Of a DNA stretch of 64,000 nt, positions 1 through 9,640 are shown in pieces. Made by a program: the position numbers and the translations under genes. This DNA comes from an uncultured Candidatus Saccharibacteria bacterium (GTDB lineage Bacteria > Patescibacteriota > Minisyncoccia > Phycocordibacterales > CSBR16-119). Below the pieces are notes generated by a model. That model ran no database searches and was not told the origin of the DNA. It saw only the letters and a list, made by a program, of their open reading frames with translations. Numbering within the stretch: the first letter of the stretch is position 1; each line of letters opens with the position of its first letter. The stretch is taken from the NCBI GenBank assembly GCA_964490365.1, contig CAZBAG010000001.1:129512-193511 (forward strand), written 5' to 3'.

Positions 1-224
1 GTTGTGTCTAAATCTGACACAGCGTTACCCAACGTATTTGATTTATCATTAATAACCTTGAGCTCTGCTTGTAATTTTTGAAGCTCTGACTGCAGAGCTT
101 GCATGTCAGCATTACGCTCCTTTATTTGATCTTCTAGTTCAGATACAGACTGCGCAAAGACCTGTGGACTAGCTAGGAGCCCCATGGAAAGCAAGTAAAG
201 AGTTGTAATAAGTATTTTCAGCAT
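1..224 (-). CDS. Partial (5' end) secreted coiled-coil protein, probably EnvC/M23-type murein hydrolase family
   Basis: ATG at 224; MLKILITTLYLLSMGLLASPQVFAQSVSELEDQIKERNADMQALQSELQKLQ has a signal peptide and heptad coiled coil; runs off the window edge. Confidence 0.55.
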   Translation of the reverse strand, partial: MLKILITTLYLLSMGLLASPQVFAQSVSELEDQIKERNADMQALQSELQKLQAELKVINDKSNTLGNAVSDLDT

Positions 225-257
225 TATCCCTATAATACCCTATTTTATGGGCCTCAT

Positions 258-266
258 TGTGGATAA
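258..266 (-). promoter_or_regulatory. Perfect DnaA box (TTATCCACA)
   Basis: TGTGGATAA on + strand in an intergenic region. Confidence 0.4.
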
Positions 267-277
267 ATACAAAGTAC

Positions 278-306
278 TTGACAAATATATTTATATATGC
301 TATTAT
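278..306 (+). promoter_or_regulatory. Sigma70 promoter
   Basis: TTGACA(278-283)-N17-TATTAT(301-306) with TGn extension. Confidence 0.75.
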
Positions 307-326
307 ATATACAAATCCTGAACACC

Positions 327-530
327 ATGAAAAAGTTCATCCTGCTGTCGTTCCTTCTCATCTTCTGCTTCTCTACCCCTGTCTCTGTGTCGGCCACTGA
401 TGTGGTTGCCACCAGCGAGCAGGCTGAGTCGGGTTTCGATCGACCCAAGAAGCACAAAAAAACTTACGGTGTACGTAAGCAACCGAAGTTCCGTTCCTGC
501 AAAAATGCCAGGAAGAAACTCCGTCGCTAA
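327..530 (+). CDS. Small secreted basic protein (cassette-type orphan)
   Basis: Start moved to aacaccATG at 327; signal peptide MKKFILLSFLLIFCFSTPVSVSA, K/R-rich tail; own promoter and terminator. Confidence 0.7.
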   Translation: MKKFILLSFLLIFCFSTPVSVSATDVVATSEQAESGFDRPKKHKKTYGVRKQPKFRSCKNARKKLRR

Positions 531-545
531 GCCCTAGGGCTTACG

Positions 546-584
546 AAAAAAGACCCCCGCAAACACGCGAGGGTCTTTTTCTTT
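546..584. terminator. Bidirectional intrinsic terminator
   Basis: aaaaaagacccccgc-aaacac-gcgagggtcttttt between convergent genes. Confidence 0.8.
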
Positions 585-1931
585 TTACGAAACTATTTCT
601 TGTATCTTTTTATATGCCACATTCAATCTTTGGATTGTTTCTTCTTTTCCTAATATATACGCTAGCGTGAATGGGTCAGGAGATTTTTGAAGCCCCGAAA
701 GCGCAAACCGAATTGGCCACAACACATCACCTCTTCCCTTTTCCTCAGCGTAATCCCAGACTGAAGATTTAATTGATTCTACAGAAGAAAAGTCAGCATT
801 TCCCAAAAAAGAAATAACGTTTTCCAAATGTGTCTTAGTTTGATATTCGTCAGAATTTTTCCAAATGAGATCGCGTGTTTCGTAATGTGGAAGTGCATTA
901 TAGAATGAAAGGTTTTCATTCTTTAAATCACTAAACTTGTGAATTCTTTCAGTCAGTGTTGGTAGTGCTCGCTCCAACATTTCTTCTGGGATATGTGCAA
1001 AGTGTTTAACACCTAGAAGTACTTCATCTGGTGATTTTTGAACAAGGTACTGTTTATTAAACCAATCCAGTTTTTCAATATTAAACACCCCACCACCACG
1101 TTGCACTTTTTCAAGAGAAAATTCTTTAATCAATTCTGAGAGAGAAAATAATTCCTTTTCAGTTCCAGGGTTCCAACCAATAAATGCCAAAAAGTTAATC
1201 ACGGCCTCCGGGAAATATCCCATATCTTTAAAATCAAGTAAGGCTGTTGCTCCATGTCGTTTAGAAAGCTTTGTTTTATCTGGCGCTAGCACAAGCGGTA
1301 TGTGCGCGTAGATTGGACGAGTAAAACCGAGCGCCTCAAGAATGAGAATTTGCCGTGGCGTATTTGCAATATGTTCCTGAGCACGAATAATATGACTCAC
1401 TTCCATAAGTCCATCGTCAACAACAACAGTAAGGTGATACAGTGGTGTCTCAATATCTTTTGCAATCACGAAGTCGCCCAAGTCAGTGGTGTCTACTTCA
1501 ATGTCACCTAGAATAACATCATGAAATGTTATATTTGTATTTGGATTTTTAAAACGAATCACCGATGCTCTTCCTGGTCCAGTCCTAGTTAATTTGGTAA
1601 GTGCTTGCCCATTAAATTCTTGTGTTTCATCAGAAATATACGCATGTCCAGAATCAAGAAGCTTTTGGATGTGCTCTTTATAGATCTCTGTACGCTCTGA
1701 TTGTCGGTAAAAAGAATCATAGTTCAAGCCAAGCCATGAGAATGAATCAATAATATTTTCTTCGAACTCTGGTTTTGAGCGTTCTTTGTCAGTATCCTCG
1801 ATACGTAAAATAAATTCTCCTCCATGTTTTTTTGCAAAGAGATATGAAAAAAGCGCCGTACGAGCAGAACCAACGTGAAATTTTCCCGTTGGGCTCGGAG
1901 CCATTCTTGTTACAATTTTTCGTTCTGACAT
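585..1931 (-). CDS. gltX: Glutamate-tRNA ligase
   Basis: RMAPSPTG-HVGS (HIGH-type) and KLSKR motifs. Confidence 0.97.
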   Translation of the reverse strand: MSERKIVTRMAPSPTGKFHVGSARTALFSYLFAKKHGGEFILRIEDTDKERSKPEFEENIIDSFSWLGLNYDSFYRQSERTEIYKEHIQKLLDSGHAYISDETQEFNGQALTKLTRTGPGRASVIRFKNPNTNITFHDVILGDIEVDTTDLGDFVIAKDIETPLYHLTVVVDDGLMEVSHIIRAQEHIANTPRQILILEALGFTRPIYAHIPLVLAPDKTKLSKRHGATALLDFKDMGYFPEAVINFLAFIGWNPGTEKELFSLSELIKEFSLEKVQRGGGVFNIEKLDWFNKQYLVQKSPDEVLLGVKHFAHIPEEMLERALPTLTERIHKFSDLKNENLSFYNALPHYETRDLIWKNSDEYQTKTHLENVISFLGNADFSSVESIKSSVWDYAEEKGRGDVLWPIRFALSGLQKSPDPFTLAYILGKEETIQRLNVAYKKIQEIVS

Positions 1932-1932
1932 A

Positions 1933-3060
1933 TTAGTTTTCGTGAGTCAAGCCTAGTTTAATAATCTCTTCTGCAATCTTATCTTCTGCATCAGGATGTA
2001 CGAATTCTTTTGTTCCCTCCTTCATCTTTGTTCGAATTTCTTCATTTTCCAAAATTCGAACAAGTTCAGATACGAACAAGTGTGGGGTCAAATTTTTTTC
2101 TTCGATAACCTGACATGCACCGGTTGCCGCATAGTTGTAAGCATTTTTCCTTTGATGATCACCATTTGATTTTGAAATCGGCACAATAATAGAAGGCACA
2201 CCCCACGACGCAATCTCGGCAATAAATCCTGCGCCAGCACGAGAGACAATAACATCGGCAACTCCCGCAGACATACGTAGAGCCAATTTGTTTAAATATG
2301 GATAACAGTTATAGCGCTTCTTGTGCATATTATCTTTTAATACCACATCTGCAAGACCTTGCATTTCTTCAAAATTCTTTGTACCAACTTGGTGAATAAT
2401 TTGATACTTTTCAACAAGTTCAGGTAGTGAATTAATGACAGCATCGTTAATTGCTTTTGCTCCTTGTGAACCACCCACAATCATAATGGTTTTAAGACCA
2501 GTGTTGAGTTTCAAATATTCATATGCACCAACAGGTAGTGGGTCGCGTACGTCTTTACGCACAATATTTCCGACAAACGCTGTTTTTTCTTTTGGTAAAT
2601 ATTCAACCGCTTCTTTATATGAAATAGCAATTTTCTTTGCCCATTTTGCAGCCATTTTGTTCGCTCGTCCTGGATACGAATCAGATTCGTGGATTACTAA
2701 TGGAATACCTAAAAATTTTGCTGCAATAACAACGGGCACTGCAGGATACCCTCCTTTACTAAACACCACGTCAGGAAAAATTCGATACAGCAACATAATT
2801 GCCTTAAGCGTTGCAAAAAATGTTTTGACTGCATCAAAAATATTTTCTATTGAAAAGTAGATTCTATTCTTCCCTGTTGGCAATTCGTAAAATCTAATGT
2901 TCGCATCGTCGAGAGCTCGCTGATCGTAGGGTGAGTCAGAGATATAAATAAGCTCGTGCTGTATAATTTTTTCTCGAAGCGCAACTTGATTAATCGCCTC
3001 AGCGACAGCAATCATTGGGTAGAAATGTCCTCCTCCACCTCCGGTTAGTACTATTTTCAT
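1933..3060 (-). CDS. murG: MurG lipid II GlcNAc transferase
   Basis: TGGGGGH.YP, GGY, HESD..PG.AN, GGSQGA, SRAGA motifs. Confidence 0.96.
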   Translation of the reverse strand: MKIVLTGGGGGHFYPMIAVAEAINQVALREKIIQHELIYISDSPYDQRALDDANIRFYELPTGKNRIYFSIENIFDAVKTFFATLKAIMLLYRIFPDVVFSKGGYPAVPVVIAAKFLGIPLVIHESDSYPGRANKMAAKWAKKIAISYKEAVEYLPKEKTAFVGNIVRKDVRDPLPVGAYEYLKLNTGLKTIMIVGGSQGAKAINDAVINSLPELVEKYQIIHQVGTKNFEEMQGLADVVLKDNMHKKRYNCYPYLNKLALRMSAGVADVIVSRAGAGFIAEIASWGVPSIIVPISKSNGDHQRKNAYNYAATGACQVIEEKNLTPHLFVSELVRILENEEIRTKMKEGTKEFVHPDAEDKIAEEIIKLGLTHEN

Positions 3061-4163
3061 ATATGTATTGTAGGTTTTTGACGCGAAATATTTAATATAA
3101 TACCCACCACCGCTAACGAAAACATGAGAGATGTTCCTCCATGACTTATAAAGACAAGGGGTACCCCGGTAAGTGGAAACGCTCCAACGCTCGAGGCAAT
3201 ATTCATAAATGACTGGGCAATAATCAGTATAACAAGACCAACCACCATAAGTCTAGAAAATGAATCTGGCGCATGAAATGCAATTCTCATGCCCCGTAAA
3301 GCAAAAGCTAGATACAGAACAATCAGAAGACAGGTGCCGAAAAATCCAAATTCTTCACCAATGACGGCAAAAATAGAATCTCCTTGGGGTTCTGGTAAAT
3401 ACGTAAATTTTTGGACACTTTTTCCAAGTCCTCGTCCAAAAATTTCTCCTGAACCAATAGCAATGAGCGACTGGTTAAGTTGATACGATGTATCCATGAC
3501 ATCGTGAGCAGGGTTAATAAACGTCATCACTCGATCGCGTAAATATGGTTTTGTGAGCACCATGCCAGCAAAGATGAGTATACTCACACCTGCAGTTCCT
3601 AAAATATATTTCCACGGAACACCCGATGCCACGAGCATTCCGCCAGATGCAAGCACGATCAAAATAATACTTTTATGATCGGGCTGTTTAACGAGAATTA
3701 CAGTAATAACAGCAAGAATAATGAAAAGCGGTAATACACCGTATTTAAGTTCTTTTGCTTTACTTTTTACCCATGAAAGCCAGCCCGCAAAATAGAAAAT
3801 GAAAGAAATCTTGAGAAATTCAACAGGTTGAAAACTGATACCGCCAATATCGATCCAACGTGTAGCGCCGCCGTGTTTTTGCCCAAGACCCGGGATAAAC
3901 ACCAGCAATGTACAAATAAGCGACGCAAAGAAAAAATAAAATGCATAGGTTCTCCAAAATTTATACGGGACACGAGAACATACATACATAAGCACAAGGC
4001 CGATCACGAGTCCAAATGTTTGACTAAACAAGACTCCAGCAAATTTTGCTTCATTTTTTGCTAAGATTCCAAATGATGCAGACACAAAAGAAAAAAGCCC
4101 AAACACCAGAAGTGCAATCACGATACCTAAAAATATAGTGTCGACTTTTCCTTTTCGTTCCAT
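3057..4163 (-). CDS. ftsW: FtsW SEDS peptidoglycan polymerase
   Basis: GATRWI, FQPVEFLK, LPEPQGDSIFA, PLTGVPL.FISHGG; lies between mraY and murG. Confidence 0.93.
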   Translation of the reverse strand: MERKGKVDTIFLGIVIALLVFGLFSFVSASFGILAKNEAKFAGVLFSQTFGLVIGLVLMYVCSRVPYKFWRTYAFYFFFASLICTLLVFIPGLGQKHGGATRWIDIGGISFQPVEFLKISFIFYFAGWLSWVKSKAKELKYGVLPLFIILAVITVILVKQPDHKSIILIVLASGGMLVASGVPWKYILGTAGVSILIFAGMVLTKPYLRDRVMTFINPAHDVMDTSYQLNQSLIAIGSGEIFGRGLGKSVQKFTYLPEPQGDSIFAVIGEEFGFFGTCLLIVLYLAFALRGMRIAFHAPDSFSRLMVVGLVILIIAQSFMNIASSVGAFPLTGVPLVFISHGGTSLMFSLAVVGIILNISRQKPTIHI

Positions 4164-4169
4164 AGGTAA

Positions 4170-5273
4170 TTAAAGAAGTGCAATCACAATACCTGTTATT
4201 GCAAACACAACAGAAATAATCCAGTATCGCATAGTAATCTTTGCCCGTGACCACCCGATTGCTTCAAAGTGATGATGGACGGGAGCTACTCTAAAAATTC
4301 TACCGTTTGGCCCATAGAGTTTCTTTGAAATAATTTGCAAGAAAGAAGAAAGTGAAGTGAAAAACAATGGAAATCCAATCACTGGAAGTAAAAGTACTTG
4401 ATTGGTAAGAAACGCAATAACGGTAAGCGTAAGCGTAAGAGCTAACATACCTGTCTCCCCCATATAAAAACGAGCTGGTGGAATATTGAACCATAGGAAT
4501 GCAAGTATTGCCCCAGCAACAACAGCAGAAAAAGCTGCAATATCAATTTGGTTTTGGAAAAATGCAATCGTTGCATAGGCTGAAAATGTTGTAGCCATAA
4601 CGCCCCCCGCCAAACCGTCAATGCCGTCAATGACTCCACTTGAAAATACTGCGAGCATGACGAGTGCAAACACAGGAATAAACAACCAACCGAATTCAAG
4701 TACACTGTTAAATGTAAATGGAATATCGATAGCACTAATACCAAGCTTTGTGAAAAACCAATACCCAAAAGAAAGTCCTACGAGCGCCACAAAAGAAAAC
4801 ATCATTTTTCTTGGAAAACCATTTGCAAATTTTCCTTTCATGATAAACGAACACATGAGGTCATCTGCAAGCCCCCAGAGCGCACCTAATATGAGCGCAA
4901 TAAATGGCAAGAGTGTTTGGTTTTTACTCACGAAATTTATTTTCTGTGTCGCTACATTTGGAAAAAACTCTGCCAAGAGAAATAAGATTCCTGCACAAAG
5001 AGCAATACTGAGCCAAATCACAATACCACCCACCCGTGGAGTTTTCAGTTCTTCATGTGCGTTGTTAATTTTCTGAAATTCAGGAGAAATATCACCCGGC
5101 CTAACACCGAACTTGTTGAGCGGTGCCTCCTCGTCAATTTTATTTTCTTTACGCGCAACCTTTTTCCAAAGTTTATATCTATAAAAAATATTGGTAAGTC
5201 CTGGAGTAATAAGAATGCCCAACATGAAGGTGAGAACAACTGGCAAAAAAAGTTTTAGGAGACTTAAATCCAT
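4170..5273 (-). CDS. mraY: Phospho-MurNAc-pentapeptide transferase
   Basis: TPRVGG, GLADD, DGIDGL, FYMGETG, APVHHHFE. Confidence 0.95.
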   Translation of the reverse strand: MDLSLLKLFLPVVLTFMLGILITPGLTNIFYRYKLWKKVARKENKIDEEAPLNKFGVRPGDISPEFQKINNAHEELKTPRVGGIVIWLSIALCAGILFLLAEFFPNVATQKINFVSKNQTLLPFIALILGALWGLADDLMCSFIMKGKFANGFPRKMMFSFVALVGLSFGYWFFTKLGISAIDIPFTFNSVLEFGWLFIPVFALVMLAVFSSGVIDGIDGLAGGVMATTFSAYATIAFFQNQIDIAAFSAVVAGAILAFLWFNIPPARFYMGETGMLALTLTLTVIAFLTNQVLLLPVIGFPLFFTSLSSFLQIISKKLYGPNGRIFRVAPVHHHFEAIGWSRAKITMRYWIISVVFAITGIVIALL

Positions 5274-5276
5274 ATT

Positions 5277-6269
5277 TTATAATTGTACTTCATTTATAAG
5301 CTTTAGCGTAGTACTTGATAACTTCTCGATATCGGTAAAACGATGCGCAAATGTTGAACCTAAGACGTTAGCAATAATCGTTTTTCCTTCTGGGGTTTTG
5401 AACGAAACAATTAGGTTTCCACCTGAAATATTCGTAAATCCAGTTTTTGATGCCGAAATACCAGCTACAAGTCCTGGGTTTGGATTTGTATTTATTGCAG
5501 TGTGTGAGGTGTTGCTTGCTGAAGTAAAGAGTTGTGAGTTAAACGATGTTGAAGAAAAGATATCTGGGTAAATCGAAACAGCGTAGTCAAAAAGATGCAC
5601 AATTTCTGAAGAAGTACTATAGCCACCATTTTTACCATCTTCTAAATCTAAACCTGATTCATTCAGAAAAACTGTATGGCTGAGTCCAAAACTTTGGGCT
5701 TTTGCATTCATAAGGTCAACAAAATACTGTACGGATGATTCTTCGGTGAGAAACCCTGCCTTGTGACCAACATGAAGCGACAATGCTCGTGTAGCGTCAT
5801 TTGAAGATGTAATTAACATAAAGCGAAGTAATTCATCTCTTCCCCATTTTTCATCGGCTAAAAGACCATTATCGCCCGTGAGACTGAGCGCTTCTTTTGG
5901 AATCGTAATGATTTCAGTTTGACTGATCTGCTCCATCGAAACAATTGCTGTCATGATTTTTGTCAGTGAAGCAAGAGGCATCACGGTTTCTGTGTCTTTG
6001 CCATAAATCACCTGCTTTGTTCCTGAATCAACGATCAAGACTGATGAGGCTTTTAAATCTAAAGATTCAAAAAAAACACTGAGTTTACTGTCAGTCATTT
6101 GAGAGATCAGTTCGTCTTGAGTTTCTTTGCTGATTTCTTCTGCAGAAATGTGCCTATGTGTTCCAAAAATATACGAAGACGCAAGCAACAGTGTCAACGC
6201 AAGAACGCCCAAACTTTGGCGCTCGCTTTTTGTAAGTTCATCGGTACGACTATACTGCAGAATTTTCAT
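5277..6269 (-). CDS. D-Ala-D-Ala carboxypeptidase (peptidase S11)
   Basis: ASLTK (SxxK), SSN (SxN), KTG motifs; N-terminal TM anchor. Confidence 0.9.
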   Translation of the reverse strand: MKILQYSRTDELTKSERQSLGVLALTLLLASSYIFGTHRHISAEEISKETQDELISQMTDSKLSVFFESLDLKASSVLIVDSGTKQVIYGKDTETVMPLASLTKIMTAIVSMEQISQTEIITIPKEALSLTGDNGLLADEKWGRDELLRFMLITSSNDATRALSLHVGHKAGFLTEESSVQYFVDLMNAKAQSFGLSHTVFLNESGLDLEDGKNGGYSTSSEIVHLFDYAVSIYPDIFSSTSFNSQLFTSASNTSHTAINTNPNPGLVAGISASKTGFTNISGGNLIVSFKTPEGKTIIANVLGSTFAHRFTDIEKLSSTTLKLINEVQL

Positions 6270-6813
6270 GGGAAATTTGATCTACTTTTTGCTGTAAATT
6301 GTTAACAATAGTTTCGTAGTCTGGAAGTTCTGACACGTTTGAAACGCCAAGATATGAGAGCAGCTCTAAGGACGGACCATACACTGAAATTCTTGAGTCT
6401 TTTGCGTCTACTGTTTTATCGACAAGGCCACGCACTTGCAGGTTTCGTAAAATAAAACCAGAATTCACACCTCGAATATAATCTATGTCAGCTCTTGAAA
6501 CTTTTTCTTTATACAAAACAATAGACAGTGTTTCGAGTGAAGCACGAGAAAGTTCTTTATTAAGTTCTTCTTTACGAAGTTCTTCAAAAAAAGAAGAGAG
6601 CTCTTTTGCGGTACCGAGCATTACCTCTTGCTCATTTACAACAAGTGACAACCCTCTGTGTGAAAGCGCTTCTCCAAGCATGGACACAGCATTTCGAATT
6701 TCCGCATCTTCAACTTTAAATGCTTTTGCCAACTCTTTAAAAGAAACAGGCTCTCCTTTATAAAAAAGAAGTGCTTCAATTTTTGCATCTAAACTAAGAT
6801 CTGTGTGTTCCAT
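6250..6813 (-). CDS. scpB: SMC-Scp complex subunit ScpB
   Basis: IEALLF, LSRASLETLSIVLY, IDYIRGVNS. Confidence 0.93.
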   Translation of the reverse strand: MEHTDLSLDAKIEALLFYKGEPVSFKELAKAFKVEDAEIRNAVSMLGEALSHRGLSLVVNEQEVMLGTAKELSSFFEELRKEELNKELSRASLETLSIVLYKEKVSRADIDYIRGVNSGFILRNLQVRGLVDKTVDAKDSRISVYGPSLELLSYLGVSNVSELPDYETIVNNLQQKVDQISHENSAV

Positions 6814-6816
6814 AAA

Positions 6817-7608
6817 TTAATTATCGTTAGATTCATCCTCACCCTCACTATGTATCTCGGTGAGAGGTTGTTGTAACTCCTGTTTTTCAATATTAATATC
6901 ACCCGTTTCGTCCTGAAAGGCTTCCATAATACCCGATCTCACTAATTCTAGCACAGCCAAAAAACTTACGATAACTGTGACTCGCTCCTCTTTTTTACTG
7001 GCAAAATTTTGCCCTTTCCAAAGATCTTTAAAGTTTGTTTTCTCAAAACTTTTCATAACTCGGTCAGTCAGATCATCAATCATTTCTTTCAGACTTTTCA
7101 CTTTTACCACTTCGACTTCTTTGAGTTTTGGTGCTCGAGGCAACGGTATTTCTGCAATGGCAGAAAAGCTGAGTTCTTTCATCAGATCTTTCGTTATGTG
7201 TTTATCAGGACTAAACACTCGGAGCTCATTTTTTTTTATAAGCTTTGGGAAAATTATTTCTTTACCATATTTTTTCTGAATATCTTGTCCAACATCTTGG
7301 ATAATTTTATATAACCGAAGTCGTGCTTCCAGGTCATCTATTTGAGTTTCTTCTTCTGTCGTCAGAGTGAGGTTTGGGAGAAGCGAACGAGATTTAATTA
7401 GAATCAGTGTTGCCGCAACAGTGATAAAGTGCGCGTAGTGATCTATTTTTTTATTTTCTAGATTTTGAATATAACGAATATAATCATCAGTAATTTCAGC
7501 CAGAGAAATCTCATTAATAAAAAGCTTTCTTTTTTCAATTAGATTTAAAAGAACCTCAAGAGGCCCTTCAAATTGAGTAGATTTTACGCTATATGGAGTT
7601 TCCGTCAC
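6817..7608 (-). CDS. scpA: SMC-Scp kleisin ScpA
   Basis: FEGPLEVLL, AATLILIKSRSLLP, FLAVLELV. Confidence 0.93.
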   Translation of the reverse strand: MTETPYSVKSTQFEGPLEVLLNLIEKRKLFINEISLAEITDDYIRYIQNLENKKIDHYAHFITVAATLILIKSRSLLPNLTLTTEEETQIDDLEARLRLYKIIQDVGQDIQKKYGKEIIFPKLIKKNELRVFSPDKHITKDLMKELSFSAIAEIPLPRAPKLKEVEVVKVKSLKEMIDDLTDRVMKSFEKTNFKDLWKGQNFASKKEERVTVIVSFLAVLELVRSGIMEAFQDETGDINIEKQELQQPLTEIHSEGEDESNDN

Positions 7609-7666
7609 GTATAGATTTTAACACGACACTTAATATATTACCCATTTTATCTGGGTAATATATACA

Positions 7667-7695
7667 TTGACAATAATAATTTAATATGTTATTAT
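7667..7695 (+). promoter_or_regulatory. Sigma70 promoter
   Basis: TTGACA(7667-7672)-N17-TATTAT(7690-7695) with TGn extension. Confidence 0.75.
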
Positions 7696-7718
7696 CAACG
7701 TAAACCAACACAACAACC

Positions 7719-8063
7719 ATGGGAGAAACTCTCAACCTTACTAAGCGAATGATCTGGAACGGTCCAACGGAATTTGAACTTGTTCAATCACTCCTAAGGG
7801 GCTCTGAAGTGAATTTCTGGATCCTGTCCGAAGATAGTGATCCGGGCGAAATTCCACCAGACAACCGGCCTTGTGTCGTGGTTGGAATAGAACGATCTTT
7901 TGATGAACCAATGGAGTACCATCTTGCGGTGCAAATGATCGGACTCAAGACACCAGCACGACAATACTTCAAGTATCGGCCTCTCACCCACCAAGGTGAA
8001 TGGGTTGGATGCTTGGACATGGGTCACAAGGCATACGAGGGTCACAGCTTCCGTATGCCTTGA
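7719..8063 (+). CDS. Hypothetical protein (cassette-type orphan)
   Basis: 114 aa; leader aaaccaacacaacaaccATG; own promoter and terminator. Confidence 0.75.
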   Translation: MGETLNLTKRMIWNGPTEFELVQSLLRGSEVNFWILSEDSDPGEIPPDNRPCVVVGIERSFDEPMEYHLAVQMIGLKTPARQYFKYRPLTHQGEWVGCLDMGHKAYEGHSFRMP

Positions 8064-8078
8064 GCTTACAACACGCAC

Positions 8079-8110
8079 AAAAAAGCCCTGCACATCGCGG
8101 GGCTTTTTTC
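8079..8110. terminator. Bidirectional intrinsic terminator
   Basis: aaaaaagccctgc-acatc-gcggggctttttt. Confidence 0.8.
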
Positions 8111-8112
8111 TT

Positions 8113-9531
8113 TTACTTATCTTTCTTCGTAATCTTAATACTTAATTCATCCATTTGAGCTTGTGAGATTTCACTTGGTGAATCCATCATCGGATCCCTT
8201 CCCTCTCGTGTTTTTGGAAAAGCGATTACCTCTCTAATATTTGGTTCATTTTGAAGAATCATCATGAGTCGATCAAATCCCCAGGCTATTCCTCCGTGGG
8301 GGGGCGTTCCTGAACCAAGAGCCTTCAACATGTGTCCAAAATTACTTTGAATTTTTTCTTCAGAGTGACCGAGGATTCCTAGAATATTTTTAAGAATTTC
8401 TGGGTCATGTGCTCGAACAGAACCTCCACCAATTTCATAACCATTCAACACAATATCGTATTGCGCTGCAATCACATCACCAATATTTTTTCTCTCTTTG
8501 AGATTCTCGACATGTTCTGGTTTTGAAAGAGAAAACGGATTGTGGGTAAATGTCCATTCACCTTCCGCTTGTGGGTTGTCAGACGCACTGGTCTTTTCAA
8601 AAAACGGGAAATCTACGACCCAGCAAAACGCCAAAAGGTTTTGATCGTCTTTATTCTCTCGAATATCTGGTCGGTCGCTTCCATATTTTTCCATTGCCTC
8701 TTTATATGGGATTTTTGGAAATGGAATTTGTTGTATTTTTTTCTCTGGGTAGAGCTTCGTAACAAGTTCGATCAGAAGATTTTCTGTGACTGACATAACC
8801 TCTTCTTCAGATGCAAAGGAAAGTTCCATGTCGAGCTGTGTGAATTCTGGCTGTCGGTCACCACGCAAATCTTCGTCTCGCATACATCGTGCGAACTGAT
8901 AGTATCGTTCAATACCTCCAGCCATGAGAAGTTGTTTGTACTGCTGAGGAGATTGTGGAAGTGCGTAAAACTTTCCTGGATACACTCGTGAAGGCACGAC
9001 ATAGTCGCGCGCACCTTCTGGAGTTGATTTGGTGAAGATAGGAGTTTCGACTTCAACAAAGTTCTGTTCGTCGAGTTTTGACCGAACAAAATTTTGAACT
9101 TTGTGTCGAGTACGAAGATTCTTTTGAAGTCGTTCACTTCGTAAATCTAAATATCTGTTTTCGAGTCGTGTTTCTTCATTTACCTCTCGAGTGTCAGCGC
9201 CGATATTAAATACAGGTGTCTCTGCTTTATTCAAAACTTCCATCTCTAACACCTCAACTTCAATATCGCCATTCATCACCCCTTCTTTGATATTTCGTTC
9301 AGGGCGCTTGTTGATTTTCCCTTTTACAGAAACAACCCACTCTGTTCGAGTTTCTTTTGCAGTTTCCATGGCAAGAGATGCTGGTAACACCACGCCTTGC
9401 ACAGTTCCTGTTGCATCACGAAAATCAAAGAAAATCATTTTCCCTTGATCTCGCCTGACAGAAATCCAACCTTTTATTAAAACTTCTTGTGAGGCTGTTC
9501 CTCCTAGGTTTTTGATATACGTTCTTTGCAT
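8113..9531 (-). CDS. aspS: Aspartate-tRNA ligase, short form lacking the GAD insertion
   Basis: OB-fold N-terminus, YALPQSPQQYKQLLM, RDEDLRGDRQPEFTQLD, PPHGGIAWGFDR; 472 aa. Confidence 0.95.
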   Translation of the reverse strand: MQRTYIKNLGGTASQEVLIKGWISVRRDQGKMIFFDFRDATGTVQGVVLPASLAMETAKETRTEWVVSVKGKINKRPERNIKEGVMNGDIEVEVLEMEVLNKAETPVFNIGADTREVNEETRLENRYLDLRSERLQKNLRTRHKVQNFVRSKLDEQNFVEVETPIFTKSTPEGARDYVVPSRVYPGKFYALPQSPQQYKQLLMAGGIERYYQFARCMRDEDLRGDRQPEFTQLDMELSFASEEEVMSVTENLLIELVTKLYPEKKIQQIPFPKIPYKEAMEKYGSDRPDIRENKDDQNLLAFCWVVDFPFFEKTSASDNPQAEGEWTFTHNPFSLSKPEHVENLKERKNIGDVIAAQYDIVLNGYEIGGGSVRAHDPEILKNILGILGHSEEKIQSNFGHMLKALGSGTPPHGGIAWGFDRLMMILQNEPNIREVIAFPKTREGRDPMMDSPSEISQAQMDELSIKITKKDK

Positions 9532-9640
9532 ATGGCGCTATTCTAGCAGAAAATTTGAAAATATTAAATGAAAAAGACCCCAGAGCATAGCTCCGGGGCC
9601 CTTGCGTCCTCTCTTTGAGGACACACTTCTTCTGCCTTTG

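Noticed and set aside
225-300. Replication origin
   Set aside because: Single DnaA box in a short intergenic region; no dnaA/dnaN or box cluster
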